Origin: Octopus vulgaris
Lineage: Eukaryota
Reading direction: 5' to 3'
NCBI GenBank assembly: GCA_951406725.2
Contig: OX597823.1
Coordinates: forward strand, 58,342,001 to 58,406,000
DNA length: 64,000 nt
Shown here: positions 13,340 through 26,449 of the stretch, in pieces
How positions within the stretch are numbered: position 1 is the first letter of the stretch
Layout of the letters: each line of letters starts with the position of its first letter
Notes under the pieces: model-generated
Databases searched by the model: none
Told to the model about the DNA's origin: nothing
What the model saw: the letters and a program-made list of their open reading frames with translations, nothing else
Program-made: the position numbers and the translations under genes

Positions 13340-13545
13340 TCTAACTGGAAGTAATATGGCAGCAGACAGCTCACTTGACTGGCGAATTTACTGTGGAAAA
13401 GCCAAAGATATCTCTTCTCTTTTCAAAAATGGTAAAACTTTTGACTGGAAATAATAGGTTTATCTGATATCTATCAAACTGCAACATTTTCTTCACTCTG
13501 ATAACTAAGTCCATAATGTCAAACCTGGAAATTATTGGGCTACAT
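13340..13545 (+). pseudogene. Possible decayed protein-kinase fragment (subdomains V-VIb)
   Basis: One frame reads WRIYCGKAKDISSLFKNGKTFDWK**VYLISIKLQHFLHSDN*VHNVKPGN, resembling EYCxxGDL...LH...VHRDVKPxN; contains in-frame stops. Confidence 0.35.
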
Positions 13546-13823
13546 ATTGTTGCTCTTTATTTTTTTTTCATTTAGTGTGTGAGAGATATGTTGTTATTTT
13601 TGTGTTATATTTGAAGCTATTTTGATTTTTTTTTTGCGTTTTTTTTTTTATTTTCTACTACTTTTGTATTTGTTGTACGCAGTTTGGTGTTTGCTTCTTG
13701 ATATAGTTTTCATTTTTACGATTTTACCTTTGCTTACAAATAGATAAAATGGTTGCAACAAAAAGTATTATATGTGCATTCGTTGTACATACACGCATTT
13801 ATTTATCTATCTATCTATATCTA

Positions 13824-13876
<53 letters not shown>

Positions 13877-14039
13877 GTATATACACACTCGCGCGTGTTC
13901 CTTTATTGTGTGTATGTTCGGCTGATGCCTTCCGTAGTTACTTTTAAGTTCACAAATGTTCGGTCAGTTAGACTTTATAGTAAGAGCAGATGGCATTAAC
14001 AGAATAACTAGAACTGTACTCTAACGCATGCACTATGTA

Positions 14040-14071
<32 letters not shown>

Positions 14072-14115
14072 TATTTGTAACAAACGATGCATATACTTAT
14101 AAGATGAATATATAC

Positions 14116-14184
<69 letters not shown>

Positions 14185-14757
14185 AATGTATATATAGTGA
14201 TAGATATTTATATACATATATATATACATGCATATATATATATACATGTATGTATACATACATGTATACGTATACAACGTACACATACACATAAATATAC
14301 ACGTGCGGTGTACTTGTCCCAGTACATATATAATTATTTTAAATGCTTATCTATATTTTAAGACAAACACCACTCTTCTGTTACTATTTATAGATTTCAG
14401 TAACATATAAATGCTCACATCCATATTTGGTTGCAAACAGAACTCTAGATAGTCATTCAAGCATGCACCTTTGTCTAAATATATACATATATGAATGAGG
14501 ACGCCTGTGTATGAGCGTGTGTGGGTTTGTGTGTGTGTTTGCGTGTATGTGTGAGCGTTAGTATGTCTCTGTGAGTGTGTGTGTGTGTGTGTACGTACGT
14601 ACGTAAAAATATGTTTCCGTATGCAGTCAGTCGTTAAACTATGTCTTCTGGTTAGCCTTATTTTATTTTTATCTCATTTCCCATTGACCAAATCTTATTA
14701 AAACTAAACCCAGTAAAACAAAGAAAAAACAATTTATTGAAAATGCAAATAATAATG

Positions 14758-14812
<55 letters not shown>

Positions 14813-15138
14813 TGGTGATGATGATAACGACGATGATGATAATGACAATATTGATAAAATAGTAAAGAAGAGAAACATTGAAATAGCATGCAAGCAAAAT
14901 AGATATTAATATAAAGAGAATAATGATAATAAGAACAAGAAGGAGGAGGACGGAACAGTGATGGTGATGATGAAGATGATGATGATGAGGGGCATGGGGA
15001 GAAAGAAGAAGAAGGAGTAGGGAGAGGAGGAGGAGGAGGAGGAGAAGAAGAAGAAGAAGAAGAAGAAGAAGAAGAAGAACAACAACAACAACAACAACAA
15101 CAAGAAGAAGAACAAGAACAAGAAGAACAAGAAGAAGA

Positions 15139-15354
15139 ACCTATTTCTTTACTACCCACAAGGGGCTAAACACAGAGAGGACAAACAAGGACAGACAAAC
15201 GGATTAAGTCGATTATATCGACCCCAGTGCGTAACCCCAAAAGGATGAAAGGCAAAGTCGAACTCGGCGGAATTTGAACTCAGAACGTAGCGGCAGACGA
15301 AATACCGCTAAGCATTTCGTCCGGCGTCCTAACGATTCTGCCAGCTCGCCGCCT
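15139..15354 (-). mobile_element. SINE family B
   Basis: Head GGCGAGCTGGCAGAATCGTTAG and tail CCCCTTGTGGGTAGTAAAGAAATAGG on the minus strand. Confidence 0.9.
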
Positions 15355-15559
15355 TTTGACATTCCATAAGAAGAACTATCACCATCACAACTACAACAAC
15401 AACAACCATTGGTAAAAACAGTTTTCTGTCATAAGGAAACCGAAAAATACAAACTAGAGGCCGCATTTACTGATAACTATGAAGCAAAATAAGAAATAAA
15501 AAGCTGTAAAATGGAAATACAAATAGCTTGAGAAAACGATGGTAAGAAAAACTCCGATG

Positions 15560-16170
15560 TGGCAAATACAGGAATAAGTTGTATAGAATAGAAGTAGATA
15601 GAGAACAATCTTAATACTGGCTGAAAAGCGCGGTGCTCAGAGGAGACTGAAGTGTTTCTTAATTGCAGAACAAGATCGTCACCGAAAACTCATGAGGAAT
15701 GAGAATATAGTAAGTAAATGTAGTATATGTGGTGAAAAGGAAGGAAGAAAAAATATAGGTATTGTCTCTGGTTGCCCAGTCTTGGCCAAAGAGGAATATA
15801 TCCACAGACATGATTGAGATGGGACTGGCAGTTATTATGGAATGTCAGAAGAGATGACATCAGAAAATGTCTCTGAAAATAACTAAGAAACTACATATGT
15901 CAATAGACTTAGGTTGAGGAGGGATGGCTAACTGGCCAGATATTGCTTTTAAAGATGACCAAAAAAAGCCAAAAAGACTCATAATTAATATTTCAATTCC
16001 AACAGATCACTATCATTTGTTGAAGAAGTGTAGAAATGATCGAAATACGAAAATCAAGAAATAAATATATCACTATGAAACAATCAATCCCTATAATAAT
16101 AGATGTTTTAGGATGATAATAAGAATCATGCAGACAAATACATGACCCAAACTCTAGGACTTACATATAT
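15560..16170 (+). mobile_element. Decayed RLE non-LTR copy
   Basis: Remnants WLKS..ETEVFLIAEQD, SKCSICGEKE and VSGCPVLAKEEYIHRHD match the 4703-5293 family. Confidence 0.8.
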
Positions 16171-16174
16171 GAAT

Positions 16175-16480
16175 GAAGGGCCATAGAATTTCACCTAGAA
16201 AGTTCCCCTCCGAGACACAAGTTAGGGAAAGGTTGTTTATGGAAGACCAGCAGTCGCCTATGCATACCAGCTACCTCTCTTCACGCCACCGGTGTTATCC
16301 AAGGGAGAGGCAGAGGGCGATACAGTATGGCACGTGTGATATCGCAACTTATTTTTACAGCTGAGTGAACTGGAGCAACGTGAAACAAAGCATCTTGCTC
16401 AAGAACACAAATCACAGCCCGGTCTGGTGATCGAACTCACTACCTCATGATTATAACCACTGAGCCTTGCTTCTTCACGT
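16175..16480 (-). mobile_element. SINE family D-related
   Basis: Minus strand CTCAGTGGTTA..GAGTTCGATC, then GTGTTCTTGAGCAAG..TTTCACGTTGCTCCAG. Confidence 0.75.
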
Positions 16481-16569
16481 CCTCGCATTGTTGTTTTTTT
16501 TCTTGTGTTTTTTCTCCATTTTTTGGTGGGGGTTAATTATATATATATACGTGTGTGTGTGTGTGTATA

Positions 16570-17021
16570 CGATTAAAACGCCCCCGTCCAATGGACGGTG
16601 CTGAGTTGTCAAACATTTAAACCAAATTTTCTCAAAACAACTTGTCCAACCGTCCCATAGGCCTCCCCTTTGAGAAACACTGATTTAACCTAAATTTGAG
16701 ACACCAGCAAAAGAAGAAATAAAGATAGACTTTTTTTCTATTCCAAAGAAAAACGATTTTATTCACACAAATATGCAACTGAAGAGTTTAAAGTACCAGT
16801 AAGTACATCGCAACAGCTTATGTACTTGCGCGTACAAATGCACGTTCCCACGGCTTTATCGATCACATTCTCACCTGGAATCGATTTTTGTAATTTTTTC
16901 AAGACTTATACACGCCCTGATACCGTCGGTATATACATATCAAATTTGAGTGCAATCGGATGGAGGATGGCCGAGTTCCTAGAAGATACACAGACAGACA
17001 TAACTGATTTTATATAATAGA
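16570..17021 (-). mobile_element. Probable non-autonomous Helitron
   Basis: Minus 5' end A|TCTATTATATAAAA then TGTC repeats; subterminal GC hairpin CCGTCC-ATT-GGACGG about 14 nt from the 3' end, followed by T. Confidence 0.55.
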
Positions 17022-17788
17022 TATAGTGAAGACGCATAATATATTCACACACTCACACACAAAGTAGAACTGCTAGACAACGAACACACCTTGTGAAAAG
17101 TACATTCGATACCGTAAAAATCGCAACGTGAAAGCAAACAACAGCACATGTCCAAGGCACACACACAGCTGCGCTTGGTAGTACAGTAAAAGCACACAGC
17201 AATAAAAAAAAAAAAATAAGACTACTAGATGATAACATTGATAAAAACGATTGTTGATAATGATGATGATGACGACGACGACGACGACAATGATATTAAT
17301 GGTAATAACAATGAAAATAAGAATAATAATTATAATCTATCATTACTTTAGCAATGCGACTATTTAGAATGCTGACACCAGTATGAGCATTAATATGATA
17401 TTGCTGAATTACATTCGTCGTCTTACTTATTATCTCCTATGATATCGCATTTATGATGAAAATTGCGCAATGTCTTAAGGCGATGGAGTTTGTATGTACT
17501 GTCACACTATTTTTTGCAATGTGAGAAATTGTATTAAACTAACAGACTTGCAGTTTCTAAATCTCTCTGTTAATTCCGATATCTCGCGCTGTCTCAAGAC
17601 ACACAACTTTTTTTTTTTCATTCTTGTTGCGATCACGGTTATTATCATCGTTATTGTCAATATTATTGTTGTCTTAAATAATAATTGATGTTGTTTTATA
17701 GAAGTTTAAGAATATATTGCAAATAACAACAACAACAAAAGCATCTGAATGCTTAGCACATTTTAGTTGTTTTGTTTGGTCAACGAAT

Positions 17789-18182
17789 TACTCTTTTATT
17801 CTTTTACTTGTTTCAGTCAATTGACTGTGGCCATGCTGGAGCACCGCCTTTAGTCGAGCAAATCGACCCTGGGACTTATTCTTTGTAAGCCCAGTACTTA
17901 TTCTATCAGTCTCTTTTGCCGAACCGTTAAGTGACGGGAACGTAAACACACCAGCATCGGTTGTCAAGCAATGCTAGGGGGACAAACACAGACACACAAA
18001 CACATACACACACATATATATATATATGTATACGACAGGCTTCTTTCAGTTTCCGTCTACCATATCCACTCACAAGGCATTGGTCGGCCCGGGGCTATAG
18101 CAGAAGACACTTGCCCAAGATGCCACGCAGTGAGACTGAACCCGGAACTATGTGGTTGGTTAGCAAGCTACTTACCACACAG
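17789..18182 (-). mobile_element. SINE family A
   Basis: Near full-length reverse copy. Confidence 0.9.
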
Positions 18183-18449
18183 AATTGTTTTTAATATATA
18201 TATACTTATTTCATATACACACTCACATATGAGTCTGTGTAGGCCTAAACGTTTGGCTGAGAGAATAAAACATAACTCTCTGATTAACCCATCCCTGCCA
18301 CCTGGTCGTTTGACAGTTTTAGTGGATGTCAGTCTTTTGCAGCCCTACACACATACATATATGCATACACGTGTACACTCATACACACATTAATACGCGC
18401 GCGCGGGCACACATACACACACACATACACACACACACACTCACACATG

Positions 18450-18790
18450 CAGATTGGCAAGCTGACTTTCATCGAAACCCAGAGTCTCCCTCAGTCCGTC
18501 ATTACACTTGCCCTCTACCAGCCCTTTATAGTATGCCGAGGTGGTACTCCCTCCGCCGGCATTGCTCGTTCAGGAGAGAAGCACGAGCGCCTGTCAAGCG
18601 CCCATCCTTGGTCTACGCCTAATCCAGCTTTCCAATTCACCAAAAGAGGCGAACCTGAGAAATATCTCATCAACGAACTACCTCACTTATTCAGATCGCT
18701 ACTATTTATACGTAGTGGTCCAGTCCATTCTCGCCAGGGGGTGTCGTACTCTCGCACAACCACACGAATGACTACTATCTAGATAAACAT
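18450..18790 (+). mobile_element. Decayed CR1/L2-type LINE ORF2 C-terminal fragment
   Basis: Frame-hopping LALYQPFIV..., LLVQERSTSACQAPILGLR resembles LYKxxVRPxLEY...LERVQRRATxxIxGL. Confidence 0.5.
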
Positions 18791-19229
18791 AATATAAACG
18801 TAAGATAAACTTAAGAAATTGAATTAAGAAAATATCAGAATAAACCTAAGTACCATGGAAATTTAAATGTCACGTTAGACAAAACTTCTAGTAAGTATCA
18901 GTCGAATTGAAGCCAAAAGAAGACAGTATCATTAGCAGGAGAATTTAGAGCATGTTCTCTGTGCATGTCCTTTTATTGTAATAAACGTTACTGCAATGTT
19001 GCATTAAGAAAAAGTTTTAAAGAAAAACTGCAATACATACAGAAATTAAACTAAAAGAATAAAATAACTAGAAGGAATGTAGCTCCACATAATTTTAAGG
19101 CTGAATTTAGTGTCAAATATAACTATTAGGGATGGTTTAGCTAAAGCTGCATAAAATTTAGCCTATAATTGCACGGTCAACATTGACGTTCTGATGTGTC
19201 AAAAATAATAGTAATAATAAATGAATGAC

Positions 19230-19850
19230 TACACACCTTGAGACAAGCCAAGCTAAAACTGCATCTGTAATGATAATATGTGTAATCTTCTCAATGGCAA
19301 CTGTCACAAAACACACCAATATAGCGAGCCAAGACATCACCCTCAATAAAAAAATGTTCAATAACAGATATACGTGGCTCATTCATTTATTTAAATTCAG
19401 AACAAAATGTTCCTCAACCTTGTCATAGAATAATGCAAGTCATATCTCAATAACCTGGTCGATGGTTGAAATTATATCCTTTACGATAATACGTTAAAAC
19501 TAACTGACATACTGTGTAGGTAAATACATCATCATTCACGCTGGTCGGGTTCCTAACAATAGGCCAGAGATTTCTACTAAAGAAATTTGCTTTCAGTTCA
19601 AACATGATAATATCACTTGTGCAGCAATACACTGCAGTTCCAAATACATTTGGTCAACAACTATGGCAGTTACACTGACCAAACTGCTTCAGTTAAAGAC
19701 AACTGAACAACAATATCAAAAACATTTGTGTACCAAAATTTAAGAACAGTGGCCACTTTCACTGCGGATGGAATGTTGGTGTGATGTTGGTAACATTCTC
19801 TGCAGATCTATTTCTTGTTCATAGCGGGTAGGTTGTGAAACATTGCAGTA
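19230..19850 (+). pseudogene. Possible Cys-rich (EGF-like / VWC-like) coding relic
   Basis: NCICNDNMCNLLNGNCH at ~19257-19307 and ECWCDVGNILCRSISC at ~19771-19818, interrupted by stops. Confidence 0.25.
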
Positions 19851-20053
19851 TAAAAATATAAATATTATAAATTTATATATTGCAGTTTTTTTGTTCTTTT
19901 TTTATCACATAAATTCATTTGAACAATCTAGTGCGTTTAGTTTAATGGCCTATGAATGTATGCTGTGAGTTTTTTGCCCTAGGTGTCGGGGAGACACTCA
20001 GCAAGAAATGGAAGCAAAATTAAAAGATAAAAAATTAATAATAATAATAACAT

Positions 20054-20054
<1 letters not shown>

Positions 20055-20084
<30 letters not shown>

Positions 20085-20153
20085 AAGAAGAAGAAGAAGA
20101 AGAAGAAGAAGAAGAAGAAGAAGAAGAAGAAGAAGAAGAAGAAGAAGAAGAAG

Positions 20154-20183
<30 letters not shown>
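20055..20183. repeat. (GAA)n microsatellite
   Basis: Direct reading. Confidence 0.97.
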
Positions 20184-20184
<1 letters not shown>

Positions 20185-21119
20185 TCTTTTGACATTATTT
20201 CGTTTCATTTTGAAAATATACAATTTGGTGTTTTTAGTTTAATGGCCTAAAAATATATACAGTGAGTTTATTTGCCAAAGGAGTCGGGAAGACACTCGGC
20301 AAGAAATGGAAACAAAACTGTAAGAAGACGAGAAACTCATAATAATAACAATAAAATGTACTAACTACTTTTATGCATTTGTTTTGCCTTACGAACTACT
20401 AAGTGCATGAGGTAAACTTACACGGTTTTATCAAAAGCGGTTATTCGACTGCTAAACAACTTGGTATTTAATCACATTGGTTTTCATCTAAAGTTAAACT
20501 TGTAACCAGCTGATAATCTTTCTTGACGCTTCAACAAACTATGCTTTTGTAGGGTTAAAAGCAATATAATAGAAAACTTAGATGTACTCTTAGGATTCTT
20601 TACATCTGAACGACATTACTTCATGCTAGCAATTTTAATATACGATGAGTTTTATTTTTTATTATTTACGGGATTATTGACGTTTGAATCATACAAGTGT
20701 ATTTGTGACTGATTGCGTCTGTGTGTGTAATTTTTATACATATATGCATTAATATATATAAACCAACCTTACTCACTACCCTTAGATAAACTGAAAAAGA
20801 TAAATAAATGAATTATTTTTTTCTACATCTTTATAGATTTATCGAAAACATTCCATTTATAAAAATGCTTTCATCTAAACGTAATTCCATGTTCTTTGTC
20901 TCTATGCAACTGTCACCCCAATGGTTACTGTAATTCAAATAACGCCAGTATTCCTTAATTTTAAATCATATGAAATCTGATGGAAGCTCCGACAATTTCA
21001 AAAGGATTTAACGACAAAAGAAATATTCAACTTTATTTTTCCCCCATATCTTAAGTAATAATTTATTCGTTATCAGTAACTGAAGCAGTATTAGTTCAAC
21101 AATAACATTCTGTATATCA

Positions 21120-21372
21120 TGTAGTTTGTCCGTCGATGCGACGAAGAGCATCTAGTCATCCTGAGGTGGGAGCGGGCTTGTTTTGTGAGTCCGCAAATGG
21201 TTAGTGAGGCCAATCTGCGCCCGAAAGAGTCTTTGACAGTATGGATAGAGAATGGTAGCGCCTGCTACAGGGTTGTTAGCTCTGTTCTTCCTGGCTTGTC
21301 TGCGGTCTTCTGCAGCAGCGATCCTATTTGTCTCGCATGTGTTGGCATCCTTGTGGACAGCTGATCGCCACC
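21120..21372 (-). mobile_element. RTE (BovB-like) LINE 3' end
   Basis: WRSAVH...YCQRLFRAQIGLTNHLRTH* is the typical RTE C-terminal zinc-finger-like tail. Confidence 0.8.
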
Positions 21373-21751
21373 CTTCTCTGTATATCATACTAAACATACA
21401 TATACTGTTGAAAGCCTGTGAAACTGCAGTATTTATCTCAAGAACACACGTGCTAAAACAGAATGTGCTAAAAAGCAGGAATACATCAGCAGCAGACCAA
21501 AAGTGTCTAGCAGCGGTGGTAGAATGAATAAATACGTATTTCTGCTTCTTTGAGAGTCATCAGTAGCAAACATCTACTAGCGACTCCATGCTTAAATAAA
21601 TGTAATCTCTACTGATAAAGAAGAACAGGGATTAACAAATAACTAGTGGCGAAATTAGTCGGCTGGTTAGATAAAAATTCGTTATTTGAGTAGGAAGTAA
21701 TATCAGTTCAAAATGGCATTCTTTATATCACACTTGATGCAGATATACTGT

Positions 21752-21800
<49 letters not shown>

Positions 21801-22604
21801 TTCTTCTAAAGATGCATTTGTCGCTGTTTAATCTAAAAAGCAAATTTTGTCAAACAGGATTAAACGGAACCAAATATGTGACAGTCAACTGGAAATAACG
21901 CTGATAATTCTTCATGTTAACACCTTCCTATCCTTAGCTGATATTCTATTAACATTCTCGTAATGTTCACTTCGGAATACAAACGTATTATACTGGGGTC
22001 ATTTTCCTTATGTCTTTTACTTCAATCTTTATATAGATATTCATCTATATACAAATTATCCAAAATCCTCCTGTCATCATTTTTCACCATTTTCATTCCT
22101 CTTTCTAATTACAAAAATCGCTTTGATTACAAATAGCTTTTATTTATTTTAATCCACTAAAATCTTGTATGTTGTATCAAATATCCTCCGATTGTTTTTC
22201 CAGACTCATTTCATTCTCTAAGACAGTTGATGCATTTGTCTCCGCTGGATATTGTATTAAAATTGTCATATTAGCTTTGATAGAAGATTTAGACAATAAT
22301 AAACTTCAAATCAACTTTGTCTAGCTCGGGTCAACAAACCAATTCACTTTATTGACCCCATCAAGTTTTAAAAGATGCTCATGCGAGTAGAGTACATCGT
22401 AGAAAATCATGATAAATTTCTCTTATTACCAGCATATTGAATCTCGAGAAGATAAAAATTAAAGAATTTGCATCATTTTAACCCTTGATATCATTTTTAT
22501 CAAGAACACTCTTTAGTTTGTTCAATAAGCAGATAGGTATCGTATCAATATTAACGTTCAATATAGATCGTTTCTAAATAATTTCCTCAGTCCTTAATAT
22601 AAGC

Positions 22605-22658
<54 letters not shown>

Positions 22659-23332
22659 GTGCCATCTTCATCATTATCATCATCATCATCATCATCATCA
22701 TTATCATCATCATTATCATCATCGTCATCATCATCATCACCCTCATCAAGATTATCAACCATTATTCTCCGATATAGCATGCTGCTGAGGTGTCGACATT
22801 GATGGCTCTGAAAGATAGGAATCAGATGTTGTGCTCGTGGAATTATTTTTCCCATCAGCAGAGGTTAAAAAGTTCCGCAGTAGTGATAATAAGGAAATAG
22901 CTCTGGTGATTATTTCAGAAGCTGTGAAGACATCCCTAGCTAGACATATTGATCATTCTACTGGTTTTCGTATGTGGCGTGCGTATGCGTTTGTTTATGA
23001 GTGTGTGTGTGTGTGTGTCTGTGTGTATGTGTGTGTGTTTTAAGATGTAGAGAGAGAAGAAAGAGTGGTGAATAGCGAAGCGTGTTTATGCGTATAAGTA
23101 TATGTATATATTTATATATAAATATATCGTTATACACATTCGTTATACGCACGTACACCCACATATATATAATGGCGCTCTCACACAAACCAGTTCTATC
23201 GTTATCAACGTTATCATCATCTTCACCAATCTCTTCTACTTCTGTATGCGTCTGTATGTCTGCCTGCATATGTGAGTGTGTGCGTGTGTATGTGTGTGTG
23301 TCATGTGTATATGTGTACATATATATATATAT

Positions 23333-23368
<36 letters not shown>

Positions 23369-23500
23369 GCATATACACACATATATATATATTACATATT
23401 ACGTGTGTGAGTACACATCTCATGTATGTACAATTATCGTTGTATTATTCTATGTATGTGTCTATATTTGTCTACGTGTGTGTGTATGTATGTATGTATG

Positions 23501-23534
<34 letters not shown>

Positions 23535-23687
23535 TGTATGTATGCATGCATGTATGTATGTATGTGTGCTTTTGTTTCTGCATGTGTGTATGTGTGTATT
23601 TGTGTATGCGCGCATAAATTTCCTCTTTGATCGACATTTGCAATAACTTCGCCATGAAGAACATCTACATCGTCGTCGTCGTCGTCG

Positions 23688-23723
<36 letters not shown>

Positions 23724-23724
23724 A

Positions 23725-23778
<54 letters not shown>

Positions 23779-24269
23779 GATCATCATCATGATCATCATC
23801 ATCATCATCACCAATGTTATCATCACGACCATCATCACATTCATGATTACTGTACTATTTGCATATTCTCTTAGTCGTGTATACGTATGTGTGTGTGTGT
23901 GTATGTGTCTGTCTGTGTGTGTGCGCGCGCGTGTACGTGTATACGCGTATTTACATGAGTAACTGCTGTCTCATTCATATACTCTACCAACATTAGTGCC
24001 ATTATCACCACTACCACAGTCTCTAATACTAACACTACCACCACAAATACCAACAATCGTAGCCGGTGCCGCTGCCGCAGCCGCTTTCGCCGCCTCCGCA
24101 ATCACGGTTACCATCTCATACAGAATTATGTGTCTGTGCTTGAGTGTAAGTTTGTATGGGGATACAGGCGAATATTTATGTGTGTATGCCAATATATTTG
24201 TATATCCGTATACGGACTTCTGCATGTGTGTGTGTGTGTGTGTTTGTGTGCGTGTCTGTGTGTGTGTAC

Positions 24270-24342
<73 letters not shown>

Positions 24343-24397
24343 TATATACATATATATATATACATATATATACATATATATATATATGTATGCATAT

Positions 24398-24551
24398 ACG
24401 ACGGGCTTCCTTCCGTTTCCGTCTACGAAATCCACGGGCCAGGGTTAGGGTTAGGGTTAACGCTATTATAGAAGCCACTTGCCCAAGGTGCAACGTATTG
24501 GAACTATGTGGCTTGTAAGCAAGCTACTTGCCACACAGCCACTCTTGCGCC
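24398..24551 (-). mobile_element. SINE family A 5' half with internal TTAGGG repeats
   Basis: Head matches family A; 24441-24458 AGGGTTAGGGTTAGGGTT replaces consensus bases. Confidence 0.75.
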
Positions 24552-24559
24552 TATATATA

Positions 24560-24621
<62 letters not shown>

Positions 24622-24992
24622 TCCATATGTGCGTGTGTATCTAACGGGATGCGTATATGACAACTCTATATTCTGTAAACTGCTTCCATTACTACCACCA
24701 CTACTAGCATTGCCAATACAACTACCACCTCTGCCGACATATACCAGTATGATTATCACTACCAGCAGAATCACCATCACCATATGTATGAAATTTTGCT
24801 TTTGTGTATGTATGTATGTATGTATGTATGTATGTATATGTATGTGTGATTGTGTTTGTACGTATGTCTATACGTGTGTGCTTGCCTAAGTTTGCTTGCA
24901 TTTGTGTAAACGCCTATGCTTAAATTGGCATTTACTATCCAACTGTCGGTTTCTTGTTGCTAGTCACCAATGCCAACACTGTCATCACTTCC

Positions 24993-25230
24993 GTGGAGAC
25001 GCGAGACTTAATGGTTAGAGTTTGGGACTCATGATCGTAAGATTGTGATTTCAATTCCTGGAGCGGGCGACGCGTTGTGTTCTTGAGCAAAACACTTCAT
25101 TTCACGTTGCTCCATTCCACTCAGCAAAAATGAGTAATCCTGAGACGCACCGTGGTCAGACCGTATCCTGAGACAGACCGAATGCATACTCCATGAAACC
25201 GGGGAAACGACCTTTGTGAATCTTCATGAC
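24993..25230 (+). mobile_element. SINE family D
   Basis: A/B-box-like head followed by the family D core. Confidence 0.75.
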
Positions 25231-25581
25231 CTTTACCATCACGTCAGCCAGTATCATTAGATCTAGCACTTCATCTATGTCCCTAACACCAACAGTAATG
25301 AACAATATCTGTCACCACTACGATCGCCATTGTTTCCGTCACCATCATCGCCACTATCTCCGTTGATCTCACTACCACCAACATTGTTACAAACTATATA
25401 TATATATATTCATGCATGTATGAAAGGCTACATTGTCCAGTCTGTCCTCCCCTTGTGAATGAGACAATGAGTACACTGAAGAAAATTTCGCTGCTATTTT
25501 CGAACAGTTTCACGAATGAGCGGCCACATAGACGGCGCCTTCGTTGACAGAAGAGTAATGGTAGTATATATATATATACAT

Positions 25582-25616
<35 letters not shown>

Positions 25617-25669
25617 CACATATACATACACACATTACATCATGTTAAACAGTTAATGCCTGCACACCT

Positions 25670-25850
25670 TTTCTCTCTCCGCTTTTTTTTCGTTCTCTCT
25701 ATTTTTTCCCTCTCAGTACTTTCTGTCGAAGAGCGTAGGCTCGAAACGTCAAAGACTTTTCCATTTTTCCCGAGCGTCAAACTAAAACACGTGCTTGTTT
25801 TTCCCTCGCCGGGCTTCGTGTCTTGTTTTCTGTAAATTTGAACTATATAT
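25670..25850 (+). mobile_element. Short repeat (Penelope pLTR-like) carrying a hammerhead-like motif
   Basis: Homologous reverse copy at 58235-58400; both end at a (TA)n tract. Confidence 0.65.
25719..25754 (+). ncRNA. Type I minimal hammerhead-like ribozyme, A6U core variant
   Basis: cuuu-CUGUCGA-A-GAGC(GUAG)GCUC-GAAA-C-GUC-aaag: stems I and II pair, palindromic ACGU stem III, GUC site. Confidence 0.55.
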
Positions 25851-26129
25851 ATATATATATCTCTGTAAATGTGATATGTGACAATTTTTTGGTAGCCAAG
25901 ATAAACCTCCTAGTTTCGGATGCCGAGGTAGAAATCCACGCCACCATCTCTTATATATACACACACAAGTATCAACTAAGTACATATGTATATATATTCA
26001 TACGTACACACACATAGGTAGATAAATATATTAGCAAGTAAAGCCAATTATGAACCCTAAGACTAAGGGGGACGGTGCCGGATTTTTTGTGTATATGTGA
26101 TCGGAACCACAGTATTTTCTCCCCAGCTC

Positions 26130-26300
26130 CTCAGCCTCTGAACGAAATGTCAATTTGACATGGGGTTGCTCATTAGCAGCTGAGTCAAAGAGAACAGCGT
26201 GAAATGAAGTGTTTTGACCAAAACGCACGACTTGGCTCTGGAATCGAAACTGTAGTCTTACGATCTTTAGTGCAAAACTCTAACCACTAGGCCATTCTAA
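26130..26300 (-). mobile_element. SINE family D fragment
   Basis: Minus TGGCCTAGTGGTTAGAG...GTTTCGATTCC head and AAAACACTTCATTTCACG core. Confidence 0.65.
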
Positions 26301-26449
26301 TGACGTGTAGGTGCACATTTTTTCCTTATGCAACCTACAAAGTATATTAAACGTTTTTTATAAGTCAATACGGTGTTTTATTGTGTTAGCAGTGCTATTA
26401 TATAACTTGTTATGGTTATGTCTACAGATTTTCTGTAGAAATTAGAACG

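Noticed and set aside
13375-13524. Open 150-nt minus-strand exon candidate (CAG|...|GTGAGC)
   Set aside because: Weak polypyrimidine tract and unrecognisable peptide; the opposite strand is better explained as a kinase relic. Not fully excluded without RNA-seq.
21525-21570. Minus-strand CTGATGA..GAAATACGTATT
   Set aside because: Stems I and II do not pair convincingly.
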